Origin: Candidatus Hadarchaeum yellowstonense
GTDB lineage: Archaea; Hadarchaeota; Hadarchaeia; Hadarchaeales; Hadarchaeaceae
Assembly (NCBI GenBank): GCA_001515205.2
Contig: LQMQ01000005.1
Span: 4,510 to 68,509 of the forward strand
Direction: 5' to 3'
DNA length: 64,000 nucleotides
Made by a program: the position numbers and the translations under genes. Below are positions 26,614 through 35,929 of this stretch, piece after piece (position 1 is the first letter of the stretch; each line of letters begins with the position of its first letter). The notes below the pieces were generated by a model. It was not told where the DNA came from. It worked only from the letters and a program-made list of their open reading frames with translations, and did no database searches.

Positions 26614-27390
26614 CTACCTTAGCCCCAGCACATCCTGCATGTCACTTATCATTCCTGGTTTCCCCTTCTTGACGACATAGCGGATGGCCTTCACCGCCCC
26701 CACCGCAAACGCCTCACGGCTCTTCGCCCGGTGAGTGATCTCCAGGACCTCAAAAGGATTCAAAAACATCAGGGTGTGATCGCCGACCACCTCGCCCTCC
26801 CTGATCGACTTTATCTTTATTTCCTCTTTGTTCAAGCCGAGTTCCTCCGCCACTATCTCTGCGACCTTGAGCGCCGTCCCGCTCGGGGCGTCCTTTTTAT
26901 ACATGTGATGAACCTCAACGATGCTGGGTTCGTAGTCCCTGCCGAGAATTCCGGCAGCCGCCCGCGCAATTTTGAAAAACACGTTCACCCCCACCGAAAA
27001 ATTGGGGGAAACCACGGCCCGGATCTGGCCCCTCTTTATCGCCCTCTCCAGCTCCTTTCTTTGCTGCTCAGTGAAACCCGTGGTGCCCACGACCACGGAG
27101 ACCCCTGCCCGGGAAGCGGCCTTCACATTTTGCACCGAGGCTTCGGCAACGGTGAAGTCCACAAGAACGTCCGGCTTTGATTTCTTGAGCACCTCATTAA
27201 GCTTGGTCGACTCAACTATTGCCACGCCCAGCTTTTGGACGCCAGCAACCAGTCCTGCATCTTTGCCAATCATCGGGTGACCGGGAGCATCAACCGCCGC
27301 CGCAAGCTTCAGGTCCTTCTGACCGGCTATCTGTCGAACGATCAGCCTTCCCATGCGCCCGGCTGCCCCGCAAACAACCACCCGGATCAT
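26614..27390 (-). CDS. dapB: 4-hydroxy-tetrahydrodipicolinate reductase
   Basis: 258 aa. Motifs VVVCGAAGRMGR and EVHHMYKKDAPSGTA. It overlaps dapA by 4 nt. Confidence 0.9.
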   Translation of the reverse strand: MIRVVVCGAAGRMGRLIVRQIAGQKDLKLAAAVDAPGHPMIGKDAGLVAGVQKLGVAIVESTKLNEVLKKSKPDVLVDFTVAEASVQNVKAASRAGVSVVVGTTGFTEQQRKELERAIKRGQIRAVVSPNFSVGVNVFFKIARAAAGILGRDYEPSIVEVHHMYKKDAPSGTALKVAEIVAEELGLNKEEIKIKSIREGEVVGDHTLMFLNPFEVLEITHRAKSREAFAVGAVKAIRYVVKKGKPGMISDMQDVLGLR

Positions 27391-28268
27391 TTCAGCAGCC
27401 CCATCGCCTCCAGCACCCGGCGCAGCTTCTCCTGGTTTTCCGGCTCCATCTCAACCAAGGGCAGCCTGCAGCCCCCGGCAGCCATTCCCATCCAGTTCAT
27501 GGCGGTCTTAACCGGTACTGGATTGGTCTCAAGAAAGAGCGCCTTGAAAAGTGGCATGAGTTCATCGTTTATCCTCTTCGCCGTCTCAATATCACCAGAA
27601 CGAAAAGAGTCAACCAACCTGACCACCCTGTCCGGGACGATGTTTGAAGCCACGGAGATGACTCCTTGACCACCCAGCTTCATTATCTCGAAAGTCAGTG
27701 CATCGTCTCCGGAGATCACCGCAAAATCTTCCCCGCGCGTCAACTCTATCACGCGTGCGACCTGCTTGAGATCTCCGCTCGCCTCCTTCACGCCCACGAT
27801 GTTCTTTAGCTTGGCCAGCTTCGCCATGGTCTCCGGCAGCATGTTAACGCCGGTGCGGGAGGGGATATTGTATATAACTTGCGGAATATCCACCTCTTCC
27901 GCCAGTTTCTTGAAGTGAGCATACAGGCCGGCTTGCGTGGGTTTGTTGTAGTAAGGGACAACGATCAACGCCCCGTCCGCCCCGACCTCCTCCGCGTGCC
28001 TGGTGAGCATCAGCGCCTCCCAGGTGCTGTTGCTCCCCGTTCCAGCCAAAACTGGCACCCTCCCTCCGGCCTCGTCAACGACAATTTCAATAACGCGGTT
28101 GTGTTCCTCGTAGGACAGGGTGGGGGACTCTCCCGTGGTGCCGGTTGGAACTAGTCCATGTATCCCCTTTCTGATCTGAAACCTCACGTTCTCGCGGAGG
28201 CCCTCCTCGTCTATCTTCCCGTCCTTGTCGAAGGGCGTCACCATCGCGGTATAAGCACCCTCAAACAT
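27387..28268 (-). CDS. dapA: 4-hydroxy-tetrahydrodipicolinate synthase
   Basis: 293 aa. Motifs GTTGESPTLS and YNIPSRTG, with the Schiff-base Lys in VGVKEASGD. Confidence 0.9.
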   Translation of the reverse strand: MFEGAYTAMVTPFDKDGKIDEEGLRENVRFQIRKGIHGLVPTGTTGESPTLSYEEHNRVIEIVVDEAGGRVPVLAGTGSNSTWEALMLTRHAEEVGADGALIVVPYYNKPTQAGLYAHFKKLAEEVDIPQVIYNIPSRTGVNMLPETMAKLAKLKNIVGVKEASGDLKQVARVIELTRGEDFAVISGDDALTFEIMKLGGQGVISVASNIVPDRVVRLVDSFRSGDIETAKRINDELMPLFKALFLETNPVPVKTAMNWMGMAAGGCRLPLVEMEPENQEKLRRVLEAMGLLK

Positions 28269-28271
28269 GGA

Positions 28272-29501
28272 TCAACCCTCTAACTCCCTCATCGCCTTCT
28301 TGAAAAGCCTCAGCGCCTGCTCCCGGTCTTCCCAGTTAACAAAGAAGCTTATCGATGCCCGGCTGGAAATGATCTCGATGATGTTAATTTTGGCCTGAGC
28401 TAGGGGTTCGGTGAGCTTTGCGATGACCCCGGGGGCATAGATGAATCGCTCACTCTCAGTCACGATCATGGCGATATTGCCCTCGCCAGTTATCGCCTTC
28501 AGTTTGCTGCCAACGACAACGCGGTGAAGGATCGTCAACGCCCTCTTCGCGTCCTCCTCCGAGAGATAAATGGAAAAGGATCTCGGTCCAATGGAGACCG
28601 CGAAGATATTTATGCCCGCCTTGCTCAGAGGAACGGAAAACTTGGCGAGAATGCCCGGGGTGGTCTGCATGGACTCACCCACCACCGTAAGCATCGCCAG
28701 CGGTTTTTCATACAGCCTAACTCCAGCCAAATCATCACCCCTAGGACCAATTATCCTTGTCCCTTCTGCACGTAAATTACCGTGCCGGTAATGTATAACT
28801 TTCGCGCTTATCTCCGGGTCCTTGTAGGCCATGGCCCTCGGATGCATTACCTGCGCCCCAAACCGGGCAAGATCGGTCATCTCCTCAACAGTGATGCTTT
28901 TCAAAAGCTTCGCTTCCGGAACCTTGTTCGGGTCGGCCGTCATGACTCCCTCAACATCGGTGACTATGATCACCTCGTCGGCGCCCAGGCATCTTCCTAT
29001 CAGGAAGGCAGTTATGTCGCTGCCGCCCCTTCCTATGGTTGTCACGTTGCCCTCCCTATCCCTGCCCAAAAAACCGCAGATCACCGGGACAACGCGGTCC
29101 TCAAGGAGGGGGACGAGAAACTTTTGCACGCGGCGCTTGGTCGCCTCAAAATCAATATTGGCCATGCCGAAGTTGCTGTCGGTGACCACGGGCCAAATGC
29201 TCATCCCGGGGTCCAGGTAAATGGATTTAACGCCCAGGCTGTTCAGGGCCGCTGAGAAGATGCGGGCGCTGGTGCGCTCGCCCATCGCCAGAATGTCATC
29301 GTACTCCCGGGGGGTGATTTTCCCCCCGGTGCTGCCCTTGGCCACCTTCACCAGCTCGTCCGTGTATTGCCCCATCGCGGAGACCACCACGGCAATCTGG
29401 GTTCCCCTGCGGTACTCCTTGCGAACGGACTCGGCCCCGAGCCTTATGCGCTCGGCATTTCCCACGCTGGTGCCGCCAAATTTTACCACCACGCGCCTCA
29501 T
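28272..29501 (-). CDS. lysC: Aspartate kinase with two ACT domains
   Basis: VVKFGGTSVG sits at the N-terminus, GGSDITA is present, and the C-terminal ACT repeats are visible. The ATG at 29501 forms an ATGA overlap with the lysA stop. The ORF-track TTG is at 29510. Confidence 0.9.
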   Translation of the reverse strand: MRRVVVKFGGTSVGNAERIRLGAESVRKEYRRGTQIAVVVSAMGQYTDELVKVAKGSTGGKITPREYDDILAMGERTSARIFSAALNSLGVKSIYLDPGMSIWPVVTDSNFGMANIDFEATKRRVQKFLVPLLEDRVVPVICGFLGRDREGNVTTIGRGGSDITAFLIGRCLGADEVIIVTDVEGVMTADPNKVPEAKLLKSITVEEMTDLARFGAQVMHPRAMAYKDPEISAKVIHYRHGNLRAEGTRIIGPRGDDLAGVRLYEKPLAMLTVVGESMQTTPGILAKFSVPLSKAGINIFAVSIGPRSFSIYLSEEDAKRALTILHRVVVGSKLKAITGEGNIAMIVTESERFIYAPGVIAKLTEPLAQAKINIIEIISSRASISFFVNWEDREQALRLFKKAMRELEG

Positions 29502-30811
29502 TTCAACCAACTTGGAATTTGATCAAGTCGAGTTAGATCATCGTACGTTTCCCTCTTCCTGACGATCTCGGCCCTCCCCCCGTTGACGAGAACCATGGCC
29601 GGGCGCGGCTGGGCGGTGTGCTGGCAGGCCATGGCTAAACCATAGGCACCCACATCAAAGATCACCGCCAGATCTCCCTGCTCCACCACCGGCAGTTTCC
29701 TATCCTTTCCGAGAAAATCTCCTGACTCACAGAGCGGCCCGGCCACGTTGACCAGAAACTCATTCTTCTGGTTCATCTTGTTGGCCAGTTCAATGTGGTG
29801 GTAGGCCCCGTAGAGAGCGGGTCTCATCAGGGCATTCATGCCGGCATCGACCGCCACCCAAGTCGGCATGCCCGGGCGCTCCTTGATATAACCCACCCGG
29901 GCCAAGAGTACACAGGAATCACCGACAAGGTAACGACCAGGCTCCAGCAGCAGCGTTGGTCTCTCCAGTCCTTTTTCCCGCACAACCCTGCTTATCACCC
30001 CCACGACTTTTTCGGCCACCTCCTCAGGGTGCAACTCTCGATCACCGGGCTTGTAGGGAATTCCTATGCCGCCTCCCAGGTCAACGAACCTGATGTCGAT
30101 GTCAAACTTTTCCTTGACCTCAGAAACTAGCGCCATAATTTTTTCCGCCTCCTCCTCAAAGGGGGCCACGTCCAAGATCTGGGAACCGACGTTGGCGTGA
30201 ATGCCAAAGATCTCCACAGAGGACATACCTTTGGCCCTCGCATAAGCCGCCAGGGCCTGACCGCTGGCAACATCAAAGCCAAACTTGCTCTCCCTGAGTC
30301 CAACGGCGATATAGGGGTGGGTGTCAGCCCTGACGTCAGGATTGATTCTAAACCCTATCCTCGCCCGCTTGCCGAGCCTGCGCGCTATCCTGTCAACCGC
30401 CTCAAGCTCTTGAAAGCTGTCAACGTTTATCAGAACATCATTGCTTATGGCCAGCTCCAGCTCACGTGAGTTCTTGTAGTTGCCGTTGAAAACCATCCTG
30501 TCGCCAGGTATCCCCACGTTAAGGGCTATCCTGAGCTCTATCTCCGAACTGACATCGGCACCCGCGCCCTCGGACTGCAGCACCTTTACCACCGCCATGT
30601 TTGAGTTCGCCTTCAGGGCATAGTGAACCCTGACATCGGGCCACCGCTCGGCGAAGGCCCGGAGAAAGCGCCGATATCTTTCACGGATGCGCTGCTCGTC
30701 AGCGACGTAAAGCGGTGTGCCAAACCTCTCGGCCAGTTCCACCGCGTCCAGACCGCCGATGACCAAGTGGCCCTGCGAGTTCACCGAGAAGTGTTCCTTG
30801 AGCATCAGCAT
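29498..30811 (-). CDS. lysA: Diaminopimelate decarboxylase
   Basis: 437 aa of the Orn/DAP/Arg decarboxylase fold. The PLP-Lys is in HYALKAN, and DLGGGIGIPY and CESGD are present. The operon context supports the call. Confidence 0.85.
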   Translation of the reverse strand: MLMLKEHFSVNSQGHLVIGGLDAVELAERFGTPLYVADEQRIRERYRRFLRAFAERWPDVRVHYALKANSNMAVVKVLQSEGAGADVSSEIELRIALNVGIPGDRMVFNGNYKNSRELELAISNDVLINVDSFQELEAVDRIARRLGKRARIGFRINPDVRADTHPYIAVGLRESKFGFDVASGQALAAYARAKGMSSVEIFGIHANVGSQILDVAPFEEEAEKIMALVSEVKEKFDIDIRFVDLGGGIGIPYKPGDRELHPEEVAEKVVGVISRVVREKGLERPTLLLEPGRYLVGDSCVLLARVGYIKERPGMPTWVAVDAGMNALMRPALYGAYHHIELANKMNQKNEFLVNVAGPLCESGDFLGKDRKLPVVEQGDLAVIFDVGAYGLAMACQHTAQPRPAMVLVNGGRAEIVRKRETYDDLTRLDQIPSWLK

Positions 30812-32160
30812 TTTTTCTCGACCTCTCGCAGCGATTCCTCGAAGAGATCCAAGCCGAGGTCGAGCTCTCGCCTACTTATTATCAGCGGGGGCGCAATCCT
30901 GATGCTGGCATTGCCGCCGCGGAAGACGATTAAGCCTCGATTAAGCGCCTCACCAACTATCATGTCCCGCTCCTTGACCCCGTGCACCTTTGTCCGCTTG
31001 TCCTTGACTATCTCCACGGCCAGCATCAATCCCATCCCCCTCACCTCGCCAACTATCCTCGAGTTTTCCTCCAGCTCCCTCAGCCTCTTCAACGCCATCT
31101 CACCGAGCTCGGCCGCCCTCTTGACGAGATTCTCCTCCTCAAGGATTTTCAGCCCCTCGATGGCTGCGGCACAGGCGACGAGATTGCCGCCGAAAGTAGA
31201 GGCATGGGCCCCCGGTTCCCAGTCCATCACCTCGGCCTTGGCGATGATGGCGCCTATGGGGGCTATTCCGCAGGAAAGGGCCTTGGCAACGCAAACGATG
31301 TCGGGGACCACGCCCCAGTGCTCAATGGCAAACATCTTGCCCGACCGCCCCAGGCCCGTTTGTACCTCATCCACTATGAAGAGCCACCCGTGTTCATCGC
31401 AAAGCTCCTTGATCAACTGGAAGTAGCCGGGTGGAGGGATGATGTAACCTGAGTTGCCCTGGATGGGCTCCGCGATGACGGCGGCCACCTCCTCCGGCGG
31501 CACGACTTTTTTCAGGTAGTCCTTGATGAACTCCACGCAAAGGAACCCGCAGCCGGGATAGCTCTGACCAAACGGGCAACGGTAGCAGTAGGGATAGGGC
31601 AGGTGAGTCACCCCCGGCACCAGCGGCGAAAAGTAGCGGTGGTGCAAGACGTTCGTGGAGGAAAGGCTCATTGCACCAAAGGTCCTCCCGTGAAAGGCGC
31701 CAGTGAAAGCAAGCATTCTCGGGCGGCGGGTGTGCCAACGTGCACACTTGAAGGCGGCCTCAACGGCCTCGGCCCCTGAATTCCCAAAATAGACCCTCTT
31801 GGGGAAATCACCCGGAGTTATCCTGACCAGCCTCTCCGCGAGCTCAACCTGCGCAGGATAGTAGAAATCGGTGCCAGCAAAATGGGTCAGCTTTTTGGCC
31901 TGCCTGACCACGGCCCTGATGATGCGGGGATGGGAGTAACCGTAGTTCAGCACGAACATTCCGGAGGAGAGATCCAGAAGCACGTTGCCATCCAGGTCCC
32001 TCACGTAACATCCCCAGCCCTCCTCCGCCGCGATTGGTTCGGCCCTGGTATAGGAGGGGGACATCACCCTCTCGTCCCTAGCCACGAGTTCCTTCGCCTT
32101 CGGCCCTGGGATCTTCTTGATCACCCTTGGCCCGCCCTTGACCCAAGATGGCCTTGACAT
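30805..32160 (-). CDS. Class III PLP aminotransferase (acetylornithine/GABA/DapC-ArgD-like)
   Basis: 451 aa counted from the ATG at 32160 (MSRPSWVKGGP...). Motifs GNSGAEAVE and DEVQTGLGRSGKMFA. It overlaps the lysA start by 7 nt. The ORF-track start at 32400 crosses the divergent promoter. Confidence 0.8.
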   Translation of the reverse strand: MSRPSWVKGGPRVIKKIPGPKAKELVARDERVMSPSYTRAEPIAAEEGWGCYVRDLDGNVLLDLSSGMFVLNYGYSHPRIIRAVVRQAKKLTHFAGTDFYYPAQVELAERLVRITPGDFPKRVYFGNSGAEAVEAAFKCARWHTRRPRMLAFTGAFHGRTFGAMSLSSTNVLHHRYFSPLVPGVTHLPYPYCYRCPFGQSYPGCGFLCVEFIKDYLKKVVPPEEVAAVIAEPIQGNSGYIIPPPGYFQLIKELCDEHGWLFIVDEVQTGLGRSGKMFAIEHWGVVPDIVCVAKALSCGIAPIGAIIAKAEVMDWEPGAHASTFGGNLVACAAAIEGLKILEEENLVKRAAELGEMALKRLRELEENSRIVGEVRGMGLMLAVEIVKDKRTKVHGVKERDMIVGEALNRGLIVFRGGNASIRIAPPLIISRRELDLGLDLFEESLREVEKKC

Positions 32161-32317
32161 GAGATCACACCACAACCTTGATTCCTTTTTCCTTAAATAT
32201 TTGAGCAAAATATAAGCTATCGATAACTGATAGTTATTGCCGGTTTTGGCGCCAAAGGGGGTCCAACCGCACCCATTAATATCTGGTGAGGAATAGATAT
32301 GCGAGGAGGCTGGACAC

Positions 32318-33835
32318 ATGTACCTCATTCTGGGATGTGGCGACGTGGGGTACTCGGTTGCGGCTGAATTGAAGAGCCGCGGCGCAGAGCTGACTATCAT
32401 AGACCGGGACCAGAAGCGCGTGAATCATCTGAAACAGATGGGCTACAACGCCGTCTTGGGCGACTTCAGTCTGCCCGAGGTCCTGAAGGAAGCCGGCTTT
32501 GAACGCGCTGAAATGATACTGATAATGGCCCCGGACTTCTCCTCGGTCGAGAGCGCTCTGGGCGCCATCGGCAGGCTCAAGGTTGAGCTAAAAATCGATC
32601 CCGTCGTCGTCGCCCGAGTTACCGACGAGGCTGAAGTCGAAGACGTCAAAAGGCTGGGCGCCAGCGACGCCCTGCCCAGTTCACAGCTTCTGGCCAGGTT
32701 TACCCTCGACAGGTTTGAAACCCTCCGGGGCATGATGAGGGAAAAGAGGCTCCGGGCGTTAATTCAGGAACTGGTTGGTGGCAGGCTGGCCATTGTCCTT
32801 CAAACAAACCCCGATCCCGACAGCATCGCCAGCGGAGTGGCTCTCAAGCGCTATGCCAAGGCCTTCGGTCTTGATTCCGATTTGATTTACGATGGCGTGG
32901 TCGGCCACCCGCAGAACCGTGCCCTAGTCAACCTGCTGGAGCTGAACCTGTTGGAGGCCGAAAAAATCGATTTCACCAAGTATTCCTCCTTCGCTCTCGT
33001 GGATGTGGCCACGCACGCGAACTGCTCCCTTCCCAAGGAGATCATCCCCACGATAGTCATCGACCATCACTCGGTTCCCTCGGGTGAAGTCAAGGGAAGA
33101 TACGTGGACACCACCATAGTCGGGGCAAACGCAACAATCATGACCAATTATCTGAGGTATGGCGGTATTGAGATCGACAAGGCCACCGCTGCGGCCCTGA
33201 TCGTGGGCATCCTGACGGACACCATGTTCTTCACGCGAGGGGCGAAAGCTCCGGACTTTGACGCCTTCGAATATCTGATGGAACGCGTTGACACCGATCT
33301 CCTCAACCGGCTGCTCTGGCCAACCATAACCTCTGACGCCTTGGATGTTCTGGCTACGGCGATCAAAAACAGCAAGTTAAAGGGCGGCTACCTCCTCGCC
33401 AACGTGGGGGAGGTCAAGGACAGGGATCTCATCGCCCAGGCCGCCGATTTTCTGCTCAACCGTGACGGGGTCACCACCACCTTCATCTACGGCATCTGCG
33501 GTGATGTTGTCCGCGTCTCGGCAAGGACCAAGGATGTGTCCCTGCACCTTGGCCAGAAACTGAGGGAAACCTTCAGCGAGATAGGCTCGGGTGGCGGGCA
33601 TGCGCGCATGGCCGGGGCCACCATACCGCTGACATATTTCGGCAAGGCGAGCCGGGCAGCCATTAAAAGGGAGCTGAACCGGGTGGTTGCCAGAAGATTC
33701 CTTGAAGCTGTCGGGCTGGAAAAACCGCGACAAAAAAGGAAGAAAAAAGCCGCCAATTCGAAACCAAGGACCAAGGCCCAGGCTCAAAAGGAGAAACCAG
33801 CGGAGCTGCCACCGGCACAGCAGCGTCTGTTGTGA
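32318..33835 (+). CDS. TrkA-N (NAD-binding) domain fused to a DHH/DHHA1 phosphoesterase, with a Lys-rich tail
   Basis: 505 aa. It has the N-terminal Rossmann motif LILGCGDVGYSVA, a DHH-family core (NPDPDSIASG, VIDHH), GGGH in the DHHA1 part, and a C-terminal KPRQKRKKKAANSKPRTKAQ tail. Confidence 0.75.
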   Translation: MYLILGCGDVGYSVAAELKSRGAELTIIDRDQKRVNHLKQMGYNAVLGDFSLPEVLKEAGFERAEMILIMAPDFSSVESALGAIGRLKVELKIDPVVVARVTDEAEVEDVKRLGASDALPSSQLLARFTLDRFETLRGMMREKRLRALIQELVGGRLAIVLQTNPDPDSIASGVALKRYAKAFGLDSDLIYDGVVGHPQNRALVNLLELNLLEAEKIDFTKYSSFALVDVATHANCSLPKEIIPTIVIDHHSVPSGEVKGRYVDTTIVGANATIMTNYLRYGGIEIDKATAAALIVGILTDTMFFTRGAKAPDFDAFEYLMERVDTDLLNRLLWPTITSDALDVLATAIKNSKLKGGYLLANVGEVKDRDLIAQAADFLLNRDGVTTTFIYGICGDVVRVSARTKDVSLHLGQKLRETFSEIGSGGGHARMAGATIPLTYFGKASRAAIKRELNRVVARRFLEAVGLEKPRQKRKKKAANSKPRTKAQAQKEKPAELPPAQQRLL

Positions 33836-33893
33836 ACACCGGGGCCAAAGTCAACCTGGAGTAAAAAATTATCCCTTCTTGAGGAAAAATCCG

Positions 33894-34733
33894 ATGGGAG
33901 TAAACTTGACCGACCTTCGCGAGGTCCTCCAGAGTGTGCTCAGCCAAAGCGAGCTGAATTTCCTGCCCCGTAGATTTAAGAGGATCGGTCATGTGGTGAT
34001 CTTAGAGCTGCCGGCAGCTCTTCAGGGAAGGGCTCAAGAAATTGCGCTGAAGCTCATGGAATTCACCGGTGCCAAAACGGTGGCCCTTCGCACGGGAAGA
34101 ATAACGGGACGCTTTCGGGAGCCGCAGCTGAAGGTCATCGCCGGCGACCCCAACACGGAAACCATCCATCGGGAAAATGGCTGCCAATTTAAGCTAGATG
34201 TGGCAAAAGTCATGTTCTCCACCGGCAATGCCTACGAGAGGAGAAGAATTGCTGAGCTGGTTTCACCCGGTGAAGTCGTCGTCGACCTGTTTGCCGGCGT
34301 GGGACAGTTCAGCATCCCCATTGCCGCTCATGCCCGGCCCAGCCGCGTTTACTCCATTGAGATGAATCAGGCTGCGTTCAGCTATCTTCTGGAAAATATC
34401 AGGATCAACAAAGTGGGCCACATCGTGAAACCTCTTCTGGGCGACTGCAGCGAGGTTGCTCCGCGTGGTGTGGCCGACCGGGTGATCATGGGGATCATCC
34501 ATGTGACTCCTCGTTATCTAACGCTGGCGATGGAAGTCCTCAAACCTGAAGGCGGCATAATTCACTATCATGAAACGGTGCCCTCACGGCTCAGGTTCCA
34601 ACGCCCGGCCGAAAGGATCCTTCAGGCGGCGGGGAAAAGAAAGGTGGAAATAATTAACCAGCGAGTCGTGAAGAGGTATTCCCCCGGTGTGGATCATGTG
34701 GTCATCGATGCCAGGATAGGGCCAAAGGAATAG
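33894..34733 (+). CDS. trm5: tRNA (guanine37-N1)-methyltransferase, Trm5/Taw22 family
   Basis: 279 aa counted from the ATG at 33894. Motifs FKRIGHVVILEL, VVDLFAGVGQFSIP (SAM motif) and NxxAxxYL. The ORF-track upstream extension overlaps the preceding gene's tail. Confidence 0.8.
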   Translation: MGVNLTDLREVLQSVLSQSELNFLPRRFKRIGHVVILELPAALQGRAQEIALKLMEFTGAKTVALRTGRITGRFREPQLKVIAGDPNTETIHRENGCQFKLDVAKVMFSTGNAYERRRIAELVSPGEVVVDLFAGVGQFSIPIAAHARPSRVYSIEMNQAAFSYLLENIRINKVGHIVKPLLGDCSEVAPRGVADRVIMGIIHVTPRYLTLAMEVLKPEGGIIHYHETVPSRLRFQRPAERILQAAGKRKVEIINQRVVKRYSPGVDHVVIDARIGPKE

Positions 34734-34835
34734 CAGGAGTATTTTTTACCGCAAAAAGGATGGAGTGATGGTGAAAGGAGGCTTGATCGCATCCTGCAGG
34801 AACCAACCCCCAAGGAACTCATCAGGCTGAGGGCC

Positions 34836-35267
34836 GTGGCCGATTACCTGTTTGACCGAGGAGTGGGAAGTCGGCTGTTTCCTGAGGGGGTTCGCATCAT
34901 AAAAACACGGGGCAGGATCAGACAGGTCTGGCTGGGCGATAAAATCCTGTGCACCATCAGGGCCTCGGATGGCTTCATCGTCCTCAACAGAAGGGGGGCA
35001 GAACTGCTCCACGCTGCCCTGCGGCCGCCCCGCCTTCGTGTCATGGTGAGCGAAGAGGCAGCGCCATTCGTCGCTACTGGTAAAACGGTCTTCGCAAAAC
35101 ACGTGATATCCGCCGACCCGGAGATCAGGCCCGCTGAGGAAGTCCTCGTCGTCGACCCAGGTGACAGGTTGCTCGCCAGTGGGAGGGCACTGCTCAGTGG
35201 AGAAGAGATGATGGCCTTTAAAACTGGTGTGGCGGTGGTGGTCAGGAGGGGAACCGGTGGTGCTTAA
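34836..35267 (+). CDS. PUA-domain RNA-binding protein (ArcTGT C-terminal C2+PUA-like)
   Basis: 143 aa. ADYLFDRGVGSRLFPEGV...IRASDGFIVLNRRGAELLH, followed by the PUA part VVDPGDRLLASGRALLSGEEM. GTG start. A few more conserved residues lie upstream in the same frame. Confidence 0.7.
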   Translation: MADYLFDRGVGSRLFPEGVRIIKTRGRIRQVWLGDKILCTIRASDGFIVLNRRGAELLHAALRPPRLRVMVSEEAAPFVATGKTVFAKHVISADPEIRPAEEVLVVDPGDRLLASGRALLSGEEMMAFKTGVAVVVRRGTGGA

Positions 35268-35314
35268 GGTCTTGAGCGGAAAATCAAAATTCAGAGCAAT
35301 GGTGCGGTGATTTA

Positions 35315-35659
35315 GTGTTTCCGAAAAAGATAGACAGGCGCCAGATGGAAAGGGTCATGCGCCAGATGGGGGTCAAGATGCAAGAACTCGACGGCGTGCA
35401 AGAGGTGGTGATCAAACTTGCCGATCGGGAAATCGTCATCCCAGAGGCCCAGGTGACCCTCACCGAGATGGCGGGGCAGAGAAGCTACCAAGTCGTCGGC
35501 CGAGAAATCGAACGCAGGCCGGCGCCGGAGATTGGCGAGGAGGACATCAGGTTGGTCATGGAGCAGGCCGGAGTAAACAGGGAGACGGCCACCCGGGCGC
35601 TTCAGGAAACTAACGGCGACATCGCGGAGGCCATTGTAAAACTGAAGGGAAAGCCATAA
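35315..35659 (+). CDS. nac: Nascent polypeptide-associated complex protein (archaeal NAC: NAC + UBA)
   Basis: 114 aa. RQMERVMRQMGVKMQELDGVQEVVIKL forms the NAC domain, and the C-terminal LVMEQAGVNRETATRALQETNGDIAEAI forms the UBA domain. Confidence 0.85.
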   Translation: MFPKKIDRRQMERVMRQMGVKMQELDGVQEVVIKLADREIVIPEAQVTLTEMAGQRSYQVVGREIERRPAPEIGEEDIRLVMEQAGVNRETATRALQETNGDIAEAIVKLKGKP

Positions 35660-35706
35660 ACTCTCCAAAAGCTATTGAGCCGAAAAGGCCCGCCCTCCGG
35701 TTCCGT

Positions 35707-35907
35707 TCACCTAGACAATATCGCTATTATAATTGAAACGGCGGAAAGAATCAAGAGGATCGGCGAGGTAACAAAAACGAACCCGTCGCTCCGGTAGACG
35801 TAGATGATCCACCAGGGGACCCTGGAGAGGTCGACGTAATTTCCGATCACCGGTATCAGCACCAGCGCGATTCCGATGAGTATAAAGGCTATGCCGAGCA
35901 ACGTCAC
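35707..35907 (-). CDS. Small two-TM membrane protein
   Basis: 66 aa with two clear hydrophobic helices. Confidence 0.4.
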   Translation of the reverse strand: MTLLGIAFILIGIALVLIPVIGNYVDLSRVPWWIIYVYRSDGFVFVTSPILLILSAVSIIIAILSR

Positions 35908-35929
35908 CGCGTTCGTCGCGATCCCCCCT

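Noticed and set aside
32161-32400. An 80-aa upstream extension of the class III aminotransferase ORF
   Set aside because: It runs through the AT-rich divergent promoter and into the start of the TrkA-N/DHH gene. The Met at 32160 gives the normal N-terminus for this family.
33687-33893. A 69-aa upstream extension of the trm5 ORF
   Set aside because: It overlaps the Lys-rich tail of the preceding gene in another frame and is Arg/Lys/Pro-rich nonsense. The ATG at 33894 begins the conserved Trm5 sequence.
34731-34838. An in-frame TAG between trm5 and the PUA-domain ORF. Both are in the same frame, and 34 sense codons follow the TAG. I considered pyrrolysine read-through or a Trm5-PUA fusion.
   Set aside because: TAG is used as an ordinary stop elsewhere in the window, for example in the MtaA-MtaC fusion and the moaD-like gene. 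The GTG at 34836 gives a plausible stand-alone PUA protein starting just before the conserved ADY.F motif. No pyl genes or Pyl-type methylamine methyltransferases are visible here. This would only be worth revisiting if pylTSBCD exist in the genome.
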